Positions 49,158-59,856 of a stretch of 59,856 nt of DNA are shown piece by piece. Both the position numbers and the translations under genes were made by a program. The stretch is taken from assembly GCF_001194135.2 (NCBI RefSeq), contig NC_068989.1, positions 28,911,673 through 28,971,528 of the forward strand. Direction: 5' to 3'. Below the pieces are notes generated by a model. That model did not search any database and was not told the origin of the DNA. It saw only the letters and a list, made by a program, of their open reading frames with translations. Positions within the stretch are counted from its first letter, which is position 1, and each line of letters opens with the position of its first letter. Source of the DNA: Octopus bimaculoides. Lineage: Eukaryota.

Positions 49158-50564
49158 GTAAGTATGTTGTATATAGTTTCTCATTAATTTTTCTTCTAGA
49201 AATAACAACAAAAGCTTCCTCCTACCATATCCTCAGGAAGGATGTTTGGGTGATATAGTTCTGGATACTTTATATCTGAAAGAAAGATGGGGTCGTCACA
49301 ATTGGCAGGTTTGCTTGATCAGGGCCAATCTGGGGTGAAGCAGCAATAACTCCTATTCTTTTTTTCCTTTTGTCTACATGGCCATGTTCTATAGGAAATG
49401 GTTACTGGAATATATACTGCATTGAAGCCATAGCTTGGTAAATGGTTTTCATATATGTTTTCATGAGACAAATTGAAATGTTAAGTTATTCTAGATGACT
49501 GATAGAAATGAGAAAATTTATAAATAGAAATAACTTCTTTTTCTCAATTTCTCTTAAACCATGATTTTATGGTGTATCTATTTTGTTGTAATATCTGACG
49601 TGACCATGCAGTTAAATTATGCAATCAATGTAGTTCCAGGTTCAATCTCACTGTATTACACCTTGAACAAGTTTCTTCTACTATAGATTCAGGTCAACCT
49701 ATTAAGAACAACTTCATCTTTCAATTTAAATTCATTGTTTTCATAATCATAAATATGAAATTTCTTCCTTCCTTGCCAACACTAGTCTCAGAGGTCTAAC
49801 AAATGTCATGAGCACTGCCCTTACTTCTCTGACTACGCTATAAAAAAAATGACCATAGTACCAAAACACACATGAAATTTCTATTGATGATTAATTATTT
49901 AATTACCACAATATACCTAAATCTTTTTTGTCTTGTTCCAGTAGTAGGATTTGCTCATAGTTGGCCATCTATATCACTCAGTCAGTAGATTGTTATCAAT
50001 AATCTTACTGGTTTTGTTCTTCTCTAATTTATATTTCTGTTCTTCTGCCACTGTTTGAAAATCAACACAGTCTCTCTTTCCTTTTTCCACCTGTTCACTT
50101 TATAATTGCTTTCACAGAATTGGTAATAGAAACTTTTGTATATCAAATCGTTTCTAGTAAAAAATGTTACAACCTATGCCAGCATGGAACATGGATGCTA
50201 AATGATGATAATGATGGAAGTGGCACATCAGTAGAATCAGCAATAATCCATTTCCAGAATAACTATTCCAGCCAATTTCAGAGGCAAAGTAGTTGTGAAT
50301 TTAATTTGTTAGCCTATTGACCAAGAGTTCAAACCTCATTTGTAGTGATATTGTGTTATATTCTTGAACTGTTTTTCTTTCTGTTTGCTTGACTTATTGG
50401 GTGGCGGTGGGAAAAGACTTCGCTCTCCTGTGATGATCGAAAAGTTTAGCTACAGTAAGATCAGGTTACACTATTTAAATTAATATTTAAACTTATCTGT
50501 TGATCACATAATTAAATAGTTTGTATAAACTGGAGATAAATTTAGTTTAATTTTGACCTTTCAG

Positions 50565-50756
50565 AAATGCTGCTACTGTCATCCTAAAGCCAAGTCAGAT
50601 GGTACTCATGGAAGTTGTGCACAGTGTTCATATGGACGATGTACATTGTCTTTCCACATTACTTGCGCTCATGCTGCTGGGGTTATCTTTGAGACCAGTG
50701 ACTGGCCATACCCAGTTTATATTACCTGCCACAGACACAATTCCAACAAAGAAAAG
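50565..50756 (+). CDS. KDM4: KDM4 coding exon (KCCYC...[18 protein letters not shown]...[12 protein letters not shown]), PHD2
   Basis: ttcag acceptor and AAG|GTCAGC donor. Matches KDM4 PHD2 C.QC..GRC...FHV.CA...DWP..V.ITC..H. Confidence 0.96.
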
Positions 50757-51062
50757 GTCAGCCTCTATTTTCTGTTTTTTTTCTCACTGCTATTTATTAC
50801 AGTAATACACATATATACAAACGTGTGTATGTGTATGCATACACACGCACACATATATAATTTAATTTAAAAAAAGAGAAGTCAAACTGATGTTACAAAT
50901 GTTTCCATAAATAAATGTTGTTTATTCCATACCACATATTAATTTATGCATTTCATGCAATATATGCAACATATGTAATAACATTACTGTAATATGTATT
51001 GCACACATACGCACATACACACAGTCATCACCAGCATTGACATGGTTTCTGTGGCTTTCCAC

Positions 51063-53004
51063 AGGCAACGACCTCGCTCAAATGATTTTCTAACGTGCCA
51101 AAGCACAAGTGCTAGAAGGCGACGCTGGTAATGATTATGTTCAAATGGTACTATTTACGGGCCACTAGCACGGAAAGCCAGACAGCTGCTCTGGCAATGA
51201 ACACGCTCGGACAGTGCTGTTAGTGCTCCACTGGTGCAGGTGCCAGTCATCGAGTATGGTTCAATTACGATTTCGATTTCACTTGCCCCAACAGGTCTTC
51301 GCAAGCAGAGTTTAGTGTCTAATGAAGGAGAGGTTGGCATGGGTGCCAGTCGTTGGATTCGGTTCGATTTCGATTTCAGATTTCAAATTCACTTGCCTCG
51401 ACAGGTCTTCGCAAGCAGAGTTTAGTGTCCAATGAAGTAAAGATACGAATAAGTGAACTGGCTACACTTCTGGCAGAGGTCACAGATTATGCTCTCACTT
51501 GGCTTGCTGGGTTTTCTCACATACTGCATATTTCCAAAGGTCCCTGTCACTAGTCATTGCCTCGGTAAAGCCTAAAGTTTGAAGGTCGTACTTCACTACC
51601 TCATCCCAGGTCTTCCTGGGTCTACCTCTTCCACAGGTTCCTTCAACTGCTAGGGTGTGGCACTTTTTCAAACAGCTATCCTCATCCATTCTTGTCACAT
51701 GTCCATACCTGCGCAATCGTCTCTCTTGCACACCACCACTGATGTTTCTTAGGTCTAACTTTTCTCTCAAGGTACTTACACTCTGTCGAGTATGCACACT
51801 GACATTACACATCCATCGGAGCATACCTGGCTTCGTTTCTTGCGAGCTTATGCATGTTCTCAGCAGTCACGGCCCATGTTTCACTGCCATATAACATGGC
51901 TGTTCGTACACATGCGTCATACAGTCTGCCTTTTACTCTGAGTGAGAGGCCCTTTGTCACCAGCAGAGGTAAGAGCTCTCTAAATTTTACCCAGGATATT
52001 CTTATTCTAGCAGCTACACTTTCAGCGCACCCTCCCCTGCTACTGACTTGGTTACCTAGGTAGCGGAAGCTATCAACTACTTCTAGTTTTTTTCCCTGGA
52101 GTGTGGCAAAGGTTGTTTTCTGCACATTTTCAGTGTTTATTGCTCCTGAGCATCTGCCACATACACAAACTATCTTGCTAGTTAGCTTTCCTTTGATATT
52201 GCTGCACCTCTTATGTGTCCATAGCTTACACTGGGTACATCTTATAGAGTTTCTACCTATGCCTTTTCTACAGATCGAGCAAGGCTATCTACCTGAAGGG
52301 GTTTGTGTTTTGTCTACCTTCCTGCTTATTAGGACTTTGGTTTTGGCTAGGTTGACTCTAAGGCCCTTCGATTCTAGTCCTTCCTTCCACACCTGAAACT
52401 TCTCCTCTAGTTCTGATAGTGACTCAGCAATTAGAGCAAGGTCATCAGCATAGAGGAGCTCCCAGAGGCATCCCATCTTGAATTCCTGGAGGACTATGAT
52501 AAATAGGAGGAAGCTGAGGACTGAACCTTCGTGGACCCCTACCTCTACCCGGAATTCTTCACTGTACTAGTTGTCAACCCTCACCTTACTGACGGCGTCT
52601 CTGTACATGCCTTGCACAGCTCTCACTAACCACTCATCTATCCCTAGTTTCTTCATTGACCACCAGATAAGGGAGCGGGGGACCCTGTCAAAGGCTTTTC
52701 CCATGTCAACCAAGTACAGAGGTTTATCTTTGGCTAGGTATTTCTCCTGCAGCTGTCTTACCTGAAATATAGCATCAGTGGTGCTTTTCCCTGGAACGAA
52801 CCCAAACTGCATCCCATCTCAACTGACTCTCTCCCTAATTAGTTGGGCTATGAGCCTCTTGGTGACCTTCATTACCTGGTCCAAGAACTTGATACCTCTG
52901 TAATTGTTTGTGTCTAAAGCGTCACCTTTACCTTTGTAGCAGTTGACTATGATGCTGCTACACCAGTCATTGGGTATGACTCCTTCGTGTTTCACCTGAT
53001 TAAC
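51063..53004 (-). mobile_element. RTE copy (RT, PHD-like finger, partial 3' UTR), truncated at both ends
   Basis: Reverse complement of ~1570-3470 (QFGFVPGKSTTDA, YADDL, FRYLG, RLRRYGHV), with frameshifts and stops. The 3' tail is missing. Confidence 0.95.
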
Positions 53005-53006
53005 TA

Positions 53007-53370
53007 AGGAAATAATTTATTCTCGAACGCAGAATATGCTAACAGAATAGCAGGAACAGGATAAAATATCCATATTTTGCAGAAAAATTTGCCAATGGTC
53101 AGCCATGTGAGATGAACTCACATCCCTGTGATTACCAGTCATAGTGCTTTACTGAACTGCTCACTGGCAAATTAATCTGCAATTTTTGAGCTTATAAATC
53201 TAGCTTATAAGACGCTGATGTTAAATTCAAACTATGATGAAAGTAAATAGAATTTGCTTCCGAAGGGTTGAGATGTATTGAAAGATACAGATAAGGAAAT
53301 TTCCTTATATTTTATCCTGTTCCTGCTCTTCTGTTAGCATTATTCTGTGTTGGAGAATAAATTATTTCCT
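53007..53370. mobile_element. MITE with ~63-bp TIRs flanked by TA (Tc1/mariner-like TSD)
   Basis: Left TA|aggaaataatttattctcgaacgcagaat-atgctaacagaatagcaggaacaggataaaatat. Right atattttatcctgttcctgctcttctgttagcattattctgtgttggagaataaattatttcct|TA. The arms are near-perfect reverse complements. Confidence 0.85.
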
Positions 53371-53644
53371 TATCTGTGTCTTATATACACACATGTATAT
53401 ATATAGATATATGCACACACATATATAAATACATTATAGACACATAGATATACACATACAGACAGATGCGGACACAGCAGAGAGAGAACCATGGAGACAG
53501 ACATAGGCATATATCTCTTAACTTACTGATTAGCGAGAGGAAGTGGGGAAAATAAAACAAGAGCGTTTAAAGTCATTAAGGCTTTTTAAATATCAAGTCT
53601 TGATAGCAAAAAGGATGATGATGATGATTGTATGTATGTTTGCA

Positions 53645-53789
53645 TACATCATCATCATCATCATCATCATCGTTTAACGTCCGCTTTCCNNNNNNNNNNN
53701 NNNNNNNNNNNNNNNNNNNNNNNNNNNNNNNNNNNNNNNNNNNNNNNNNNNNNNNNNNNNNNNNNNNNNNNNNNNNNNNNNNNNNNNNN
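53645..53789 (-). mobile_element. RTE (GAT)n tail running into an assembly gap (53690-53789)
   Basis: (CAT)n cgtttaacgtccgctttcc, the same as 59624-59650, followed by an N run. Confidence 0.85.
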
Positions 53790-54807
53790 CATGGCCGGTA
53801 TGACAGACTTTAACAGACTGTTAAAGTCTGTCATACCCTCTGTCCTATGCGACAAAACTAGCCCCATTCTACACTCAAATGATCCTCTATTTAAAGCTGA
53901 TTTATTACTATCTACTTTTTATATGCGTTTTTTAAAGCAATTAAAAAGAATAAGTTAGTAGATATCCTTGCTTACCCCACATACATATCCTTCCATATGC
54001 AAGGTAGTGTATGCTGTTTAGATACATGCATATCACGTGTGTGTATACAAAAACACACATGTATCCATCTGTACATGCATCTGTACATGCAATACTTCTT
54101 ACAACTATAGAACCAGGAAAGAAACAGTGTAATAATGTAAAATAGAATATATATACATGCTTATTACTTTATTACACATAAAAGAAAGTAAAATAAAAAA
54201 TAAAAATGCATATATCTATTTGTATATACACATATGTACACTTCTTACATGCATTGTAACTGTTTATAAAAAACAAAAATAGATAATACAATATGATACA
54301 GTTAAATAGAATAAAACATCTGTATAAAAATTTGCTTGTCCATTACACTTCAGTTAGGTGAAGGTAGAGTAAAAGTGTGAGAGAAAGGAGTGAGGGGAAT
54401 GTGAGTGAAGAAGAAAGAAGAGAGGAGTATAATAATACACTAAGGCCAAATGTATCAGGTGATTAATTAAAGGAAGATATGAGGTGCCAGAGAAGAAGAG
54501 AGTGAGAGAAAAGAGAGAAATTGAAGTGTTAATGATGTGCTGTAGGGTGGGGAGGAAAAGAGAAAGAGAAAGAGATATATTTAGGATACAATATTTAGCA
54601 GAGGCTGATATTCTGGTAGTGAGGTTAAAGAAAGCAAATAGAGAGTGATAAGCAGGGAAGGCAGTTACATTGACAGGGAGAGAGAGAGAGAGGTAAGAAG
54701 ATAGTGTTTGTACTGCCAGAGCAGAGAGACATCGACAAACAGCAAGAAAAGGTAGATATAAACAAACAGAGCTGAAATGAAATGAGCTTTGTTACTGAAA
54801 ACGTTGT

Positions 54808-54839
<32 letters not shown>

Positions 54840-54878
54840 ATAGTAGTAGTAGTAGTAGTGGCGGCAGCGGTGGTGGTG
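54808..54878. repeat. (AGT)n/(GGT)n microsatellite
   Basis: Direct reading. Confidence 0.9.
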
Positions 54879-54985
54879 GAAAGTATTTTTTTATTGAACT
54901 AAATCTATTCTACCTGTCTGTTAATACTTTATGTTTTAGCTTGTTAGAGAGGAAGAAGAGGTGGAGTGAGAAAGAGAAAGAGGGA

Positions 54986-55030
<45 letters not shown>

Positions 55031-55303
55031 CAGATAGCCAGCCAATGCATTATACTTCCACTAACCACTCTTGTGGTTAGTGGAAGTGAGGGGTGAAGAG
55101 AAAGGAAGAAATGTTAAAAACATGAAGAGGGGAATTACATGGTTAAGAAGTTTGTTGAAGAGGTAGAGAGAAAGAGAAAAATATAAAGTGCTTAGCAGAG
55201 GGAAATTTGAAAATCCTATAATATATCGTTGTGACTGGAAGTGAAATACTTAGCATAATAAAAATAAAAATGCAAATCATCCTTTCTTTCTTAAATAACT
55301 TAA

Positions 55304-55581
55304 CCCATTACCTGCCAGTGATCTCATATGAGATCACTTAAAAATTACAAATTTCGTAATTATCTGTCAATATTTACACATATCTAACCTTTTTGCTATA
55401 TCTACTAGGTATATTTCTCTGATATTCAAATGAGGTTTGCTAATTTTTCACCCAATATCTTGCTTATTTCTATTTGAAATGTTATTTTGATCATTCCAGC
55501 GTGTTTCTAAGGCTCTTTTATGCTAGAAATCAATCTTTCATAAAAAAAATTCCAGTTAATAGAATTATGGGAGGTAATGGA
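55304..55581. mobile_element. piggyBac-type MITE (TTAA TSD) with an internal 22-bp palindrome
   Basis: TTAA|CCCATTACCTGC ... GGAGGTAATGGA|TTAA, with palindrome agtgatctcat-atgagatcact at 55317-55338. Confidence 0.78.
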
Positions 55582-56586
55582 TTAATCTTTTTTTGCTCTG
55601 TGGAATTTCCATGGATCCCACTAGTAATATAATATTCAGACATATGTGTAAAATAGAATATATCCACATATATTTATTTATATATGGACACATATACACT
55701 TCTAACAAACATTCTAGCTCCAGAAGAGTTAGAAGATGCAACCATAGGCTCAAATTTGCAGTTTTGTAAAAGCAACTACTGTTTGAAACTCTATCAATTC
55801 AACATACTTTAATCTTTCTTTATCATATTGTATGTATTTATCTCAAGTTTTTAAAAATAGTTAAATGTATGTTACAAGAATATATGCGATTTTAAATAAA
55901 GGATGTTATTTTCTATTATTTATCTACATATACATATATAATAATAGAAAGAGAGGTGCTGGTGTCACATAAAATGCACTTGTGCCAGTGCTGTGTAAAC
56001 GCATCCATACTGGTGGCACATAAAATCACTCAACACACTCTGTAAAGTGGTTGGTGTTAGGAAGGGCATCCAGCTGTAGAAACCATGCCACAAAAGAAAA
56101 TTGTAGCCTGGACAGCTTTCTGGCTGGCTAGCTCCATAACAAACCATCCAACACATGCCAGCATGGAAAACAGGTGTGAAACGGATCATGAAGTATGGAG
56201 ATGTTAAAATGATGAAGTTGCACACATGCATGGACACTCCCATACACACATGCATGTTGATATTTTATCTTGTCCCAAATGTGGATGGGTGTTGGACACC
56301 ATATATGATTGCTGTTACTTGTAGTAAGTATTATAAGATATACTAGAAACCACACAATCTAATTTCTTTTGTTTTACTGTATATGAGCATAATTTTTTGG
56401 TGAGTTTCTAAACCATTCTCAGCTCTGGTTTTACAAAAATCAAGCCTTTGAAAATGGGGTAGCTTCAGCTATGTAGTTTAAGCTATATAGCTTGTAAATC
56501 TGTGTTGCAACTAGTCTGTACATTTAGTTTCTTATAATAAATGTCATAAAGTGGTATTTTTCCATTTCTTTTTTCCGTTCTTCCAG

Positions 56587-56757
56587 ACAAGACGTCATAA
56601 CTTGATGTCTTTAAAGATTTCTGATAAAGTGATTGCAAAGCACAAAAATCGTAGATACTACAAGGCTGATGTGTCAGCTATCAAGAACCAGATTTTTTAT
56701 GCAGTGGACTTCAATGATGGTTCTTTTAGTGATAATCTCTTCCCTGAAGATATCCAA
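56587..56757 (+). CDS. KDM4: KDM4 coding exon (VIAKHKNRRYY...YAVDFNDGSFSDNLFPEDIQ), double Tudor part 1
   Basis: ttccag acceptor and CAA|GTGAGT donor. Matches KDM4 VI.KH.NGRYY...YEV.FDDGSFS.NL.PEDI. Confidence 0.97.
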
Positions 56758-57014
56758 GTGAGTTTTCATTTCTTTCTTTCTTTTGACTTTATTTCCTCCT
56801 GACTGAGCATTAAAGGAGTCTCATTGTAAAAAGGCAATATGTGGTTGGTAGAGTCACGAGAGCTCCAGACAAAAATGTACTGCTGTGTTTAGTTATGTCA
56901 TCTTTTGGTCTGAATTCAAATCATATCAACATCACCTTTTCCTTTCCTTCTTTCTGTGTTGATGTAATAAGTACCAGTCAAATATGAATAGTGTAAATGC
57001 TCTCACCCAAGCTT

Positions 57015-57165
57015 TATATAAGAAATGGTTGCTTCTTACATGATTTCAGGTTCAGTCCCACTGCATGGCACTTTAGATATTTTCTACTGTAGCTCCAAGC
57101 TGACCAAAATTTTGTGAGTGGATTTGGTAGACAAACTCAAAGAAGTCTGTCATATGTATATATGT
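57015..57165 (+). mobile_element. SINE family B 5' fragment
   Basis: gaaatggttgcttcttacatgatttcaggttcagtcccactgcatggcac...gtgagtggatttggtagac. Confidence 0.7.
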
Positions 57166-57363
57166 GTATTAGCACTTCTCCAAAAGTTAATTAGCTCTCA
57201 TGCACTGACATTGTCATTTCTCCTGTCAATAAATTGTCCACTGACTTTGTGCCTTTAAAAAGATGTGGAGTTAGAGATCCCTTATTTGAGAACCAGGTAA
57301 GGGTCCGTGATAGGAAGGGCATCTAGATATAAATCAATGATTCAATAATTTATTTATCTAACC

Positions 57364-57652
57364 CAGTGGTTCTCAACCAGGGTCCATATAAGATTTTGGT
57401 GGGAGTCCACAAACAAAATAGTAAATTAGGGATTCACAATAGTATTTTAAGGGCCCCCTGAAAAAATTTTTGCTTTAGATGTATGTATTTCAAGAAACGT
57501 AGGTTTCTTTCTGTAATATTTTACGTAGTTCAACCTACATAAATTAATGTGTGAAAACATTAATAAATAACATTCTATAAAAGTCATTTTTAAATATTGA
57601 ATAAAATAGTAATCAAAGGGATCCATAGATAAAAAGTGGTTGGGAACCCCTG
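57364..57652. mobile_element. hAT-type MITE with a degenerate 8-bp TSD, nested in a family C repeat
   Basis: ATCTAACC|CAGTGGTTCTCAACC ... GGTTGGGAACCCCTG|ATTTAATC: 15-bp TIRs (13/15) and TSD 6/8. The host repeat resumes with catgctagcatgg. Confidence 0.85.
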
Positions 57653-58039
57653 ATTTAATCCATGCTAGCATGGAAGAACAGACTTGAAAAGAAGTATATT
57701 TTTAAAAATAGAAAAGTATATATTTGGTTGGACTAACATCCCCTTACCAACCTTGTGTTACTTGGTGCTATTTATATTAGCTCAAGAAAAATGGACTAAA
57801 ATAAAGTTTGGTCCAGTGTGAAATGATTTGAGATATTGAAGCTAAGTAACAACAGCTCAAAGATGAAAGACATAGGCAAAGTCACCCCCAACCCCTAGCC
57901 AGTGGTTTTTAACTGAGACTGTAAAAGAATGTAAGTACCTGTGTGAAAAGCATTTAATCTTGTACTTTGCTATTTTTGCCATTCTTATAATGCTAATTGT
58001 TGTGTACATTAATGAAATAGATGCCAGCTTGAAGTGTGT

Positions 58040-58880
58040 TACAATAATGTTAAGTTGTACAATATTAAGTTGTACCTTGAGATAAAAAAGATGCTATATC
58101 CTACACAATTTTCCTGTAATCTTACATGAACACAATGCAGCAATTGATTGCTGTCTGACAAATCTGCACCAGTATACATTTTGGTAGTAAACACCTGGAG
58201 TTTATTCATTCTCTTCATCAATCTTAAGAAGTATGCTGGTGATTGTGACCTAGGCTTTATTGTCAACAAAGATCTGCATTGGATGAACCACATTTCTAAA
58301 ATCTTCAGAAAAGGCTAAAGGTGTCTTAGCATCACTCAAAAAGATCTTTGTCATCCATTCAATGACTATTTGAACCTATATATGACTATAGTATGTCCAC
58401 ACTTGGTGTTTGCATTTCTGATCTAGAATATTGGTTTGCTGAATTCAGATGAATACTCTCTGTTAGTCACTTACTATATCTTGAATTTATTGCTTCTCTG
58501 GGCATCAACACTAAAGTTTCAGCATCTGGCAGCTGGCATGATTGAAGATCACAGAATAATCCACCATCTTAACTTTGGCTGCCTTTTTGAATTCAATATC
58601 TCTACCATCTGTGGACATGTTTATAAAATCAAAAAGTGGTGCAGTACCCACGACTTTTAGAAACATTTTTCAAACTGTTGTTGAAGCATGGAATAAATTA
58701 TTCATGTTAGTTGTTAGCTGTCAGGATGCTGCATCCTTCAGAAATTCTATGCTTCTCAAGACTCACTAACACTGCTCCTGATATGCCTGTGATGATTCTT
58801 ATTGTCTTTATTTCACTTGTATGTCTGCTTTCTCTCCCTCTTTTACTGATGAGTTGCAGTGCACCTGAGCACTGTATACA
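58040..58880 (+). mobile_element. CR1-type LINE 3' fragment
   Basis: Translation DLGFIVNKDLHWMNHISKI...LYMTIVCPHL... and CGHVYKIKK...KHFF..VVEAWNKL match CR1 RT-to-C-terminal motifs. Ends in (ATT)n. Confidence 0.82.
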
Positions 58881-59031
58881 ATAAGCTCATTATTATATAA
58901 TGGTAGGAGTAGTTCAGGAGTGAGCGAGTGTTTCTTATTGTTTTATTCTGTTTTATTTGTTGTTACTGGCAAGACATAATGTTTTCTCTTATTTGCTTAG
59001 TAATCTTTTAAAACCATCTTGCTTTATCTAG

Positions 59032-59151
59032 GGGCGTGATTGTTTAACTGAAGGGCCTCCTCGTGTTGGGGAAGCTGTGCAAGTGAAATGGCCAGATGGA
59101 GGTATATATGATGCTGTGTTCCAGAATCACAGCTCAGCACTGCTATACACC
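59032..59151 (+). CDS. KDM4: KDM4 coding exon (GRDCLTEGPP..GEAVQVKWPDGGIYDA...LLYT), double Tudor part 2
   Basis: tctag acceptor and ACC|GTGAGT donor. Matches KDM4 RDCL..GPP..GE.VQV.W.DG..Y.A. The final exon (VEFEDGS...) lies beyond the window. Confidence 0.96.
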
Positions 59152-59621
59152 GTGAGTAACTTTTATTTCTTAGGGAGGCGGGAAACCTTTACATGGTGAG
59201 TCACATGAATGGCAGAATTGAGAGAGCACTGAACAAGATACCTTGTGGAATTAGGTTGCATCCCTTTAGATTCTAAGTTCAAATCCTGCTAAAGTCCACT
59301 TCCCCTTTCATCCTTCTGAGGTCTATAAAAATAATCACCAGGTTAATGCAATGAATTTGTATGCGAGAAAATCATGCTCTGGTGTGACCACAGTTCAGTG
59401 ACAGAAATTTGTAAAAGAATAAAAATAGTTTAATTTCGAAAAATACTACATTTCTATTAAAACAACTCTAATAGAAAATAAAAGTACATAAATTGAAAAC
59501 ATTTTCATTGTCTTTAGAATATTTAATTTTTGTGTTTGAAGGAAATTATGAATTTATTGGAATACTATGAGAACTGCATTTCTCATTCATTTAATAATGA
59601 GAAATGAAGGTAGTTGTTTGT

Positions 59622-59856
59622 ATCATCATCATCGTTTAACGTCCGCTTTCCATGCTAGCATGGGTTGGACGATTTGACTGAGGACTGGTGAAACCGGATG
59701 GCAACACCAGGCTCCAGTCTGATTTGGCAGAGTTTCTACAGCTGGATGCCCTTCCTAACGCCAACCACTCAGAGAGTGTAGTGGGTGCTTTTACGTGTCA
59801 CCCGCACGAAAACGGCCACGCTCGAAATGGTGTCTTTTATGTGCCACCCGCACAAG
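59622..59856 (-). mobile_element. Young RTE 3' end ((GAT)n tail and 3' UTR), continuing past the window edge
   Basis: CpG-retaining reverse complement of the 3560-3747 tail. Confidence 0.92.

Overview
AT-rich eukaryotic genomic DNA, most likely octopus (coleoid cephalopod). That assignment is inferred from the SINE and RTE-LINE families, not from a search. The window holds the central and 3' part of one + strand protein-coding gene, a KDM4/JMJD2 histone lysine demethylase. I traced nine coding exons with GT-AG boundaries and mutually consistent intron phases (5175-9126, 35747-36011, 39962-40131, 42697-42916, 44080-44147, 48993-49157, 50565-50756, 56587-56757, 59032-59151). They encode about 1770 aa: a very long low-complexity linker, a PHD-Zn knuckle-PHD module and most of the double Tudor domain. 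The JmjN/JmjC exons and the last exon lie outside the window. The introns contain a wide range of transposons: RTE LINEs carrying an internal PHD-type finger, CR1-like and Penelope-like fragments, three SINE-type families (one in head-to-tail arrays), two solo LTRs with target-site duplications, a decayed Helitron with a RepHel remnant, a HINE/DINE-1-like element, and TA-, TTAA- and 8-bp-TSD MITEs. There is also a 23-bp minisatellite. I found no CRISPR array, rRNA or true tRNA gene, and no unambiguous new biological system. The best leads are (i) the 3.95-kb KDM4 exon, (ii) a possible intronic-polyadenylated short KDM4 isoform lacking PHD/Tudor, (iii) inverted RTE copies bracketing the giant exon (dsRNA, editing or circRNA), (iv) the PHD finger and 65-bp 3'-UTR array of the RTE, and (v) an antisense solo-LTR promoter.
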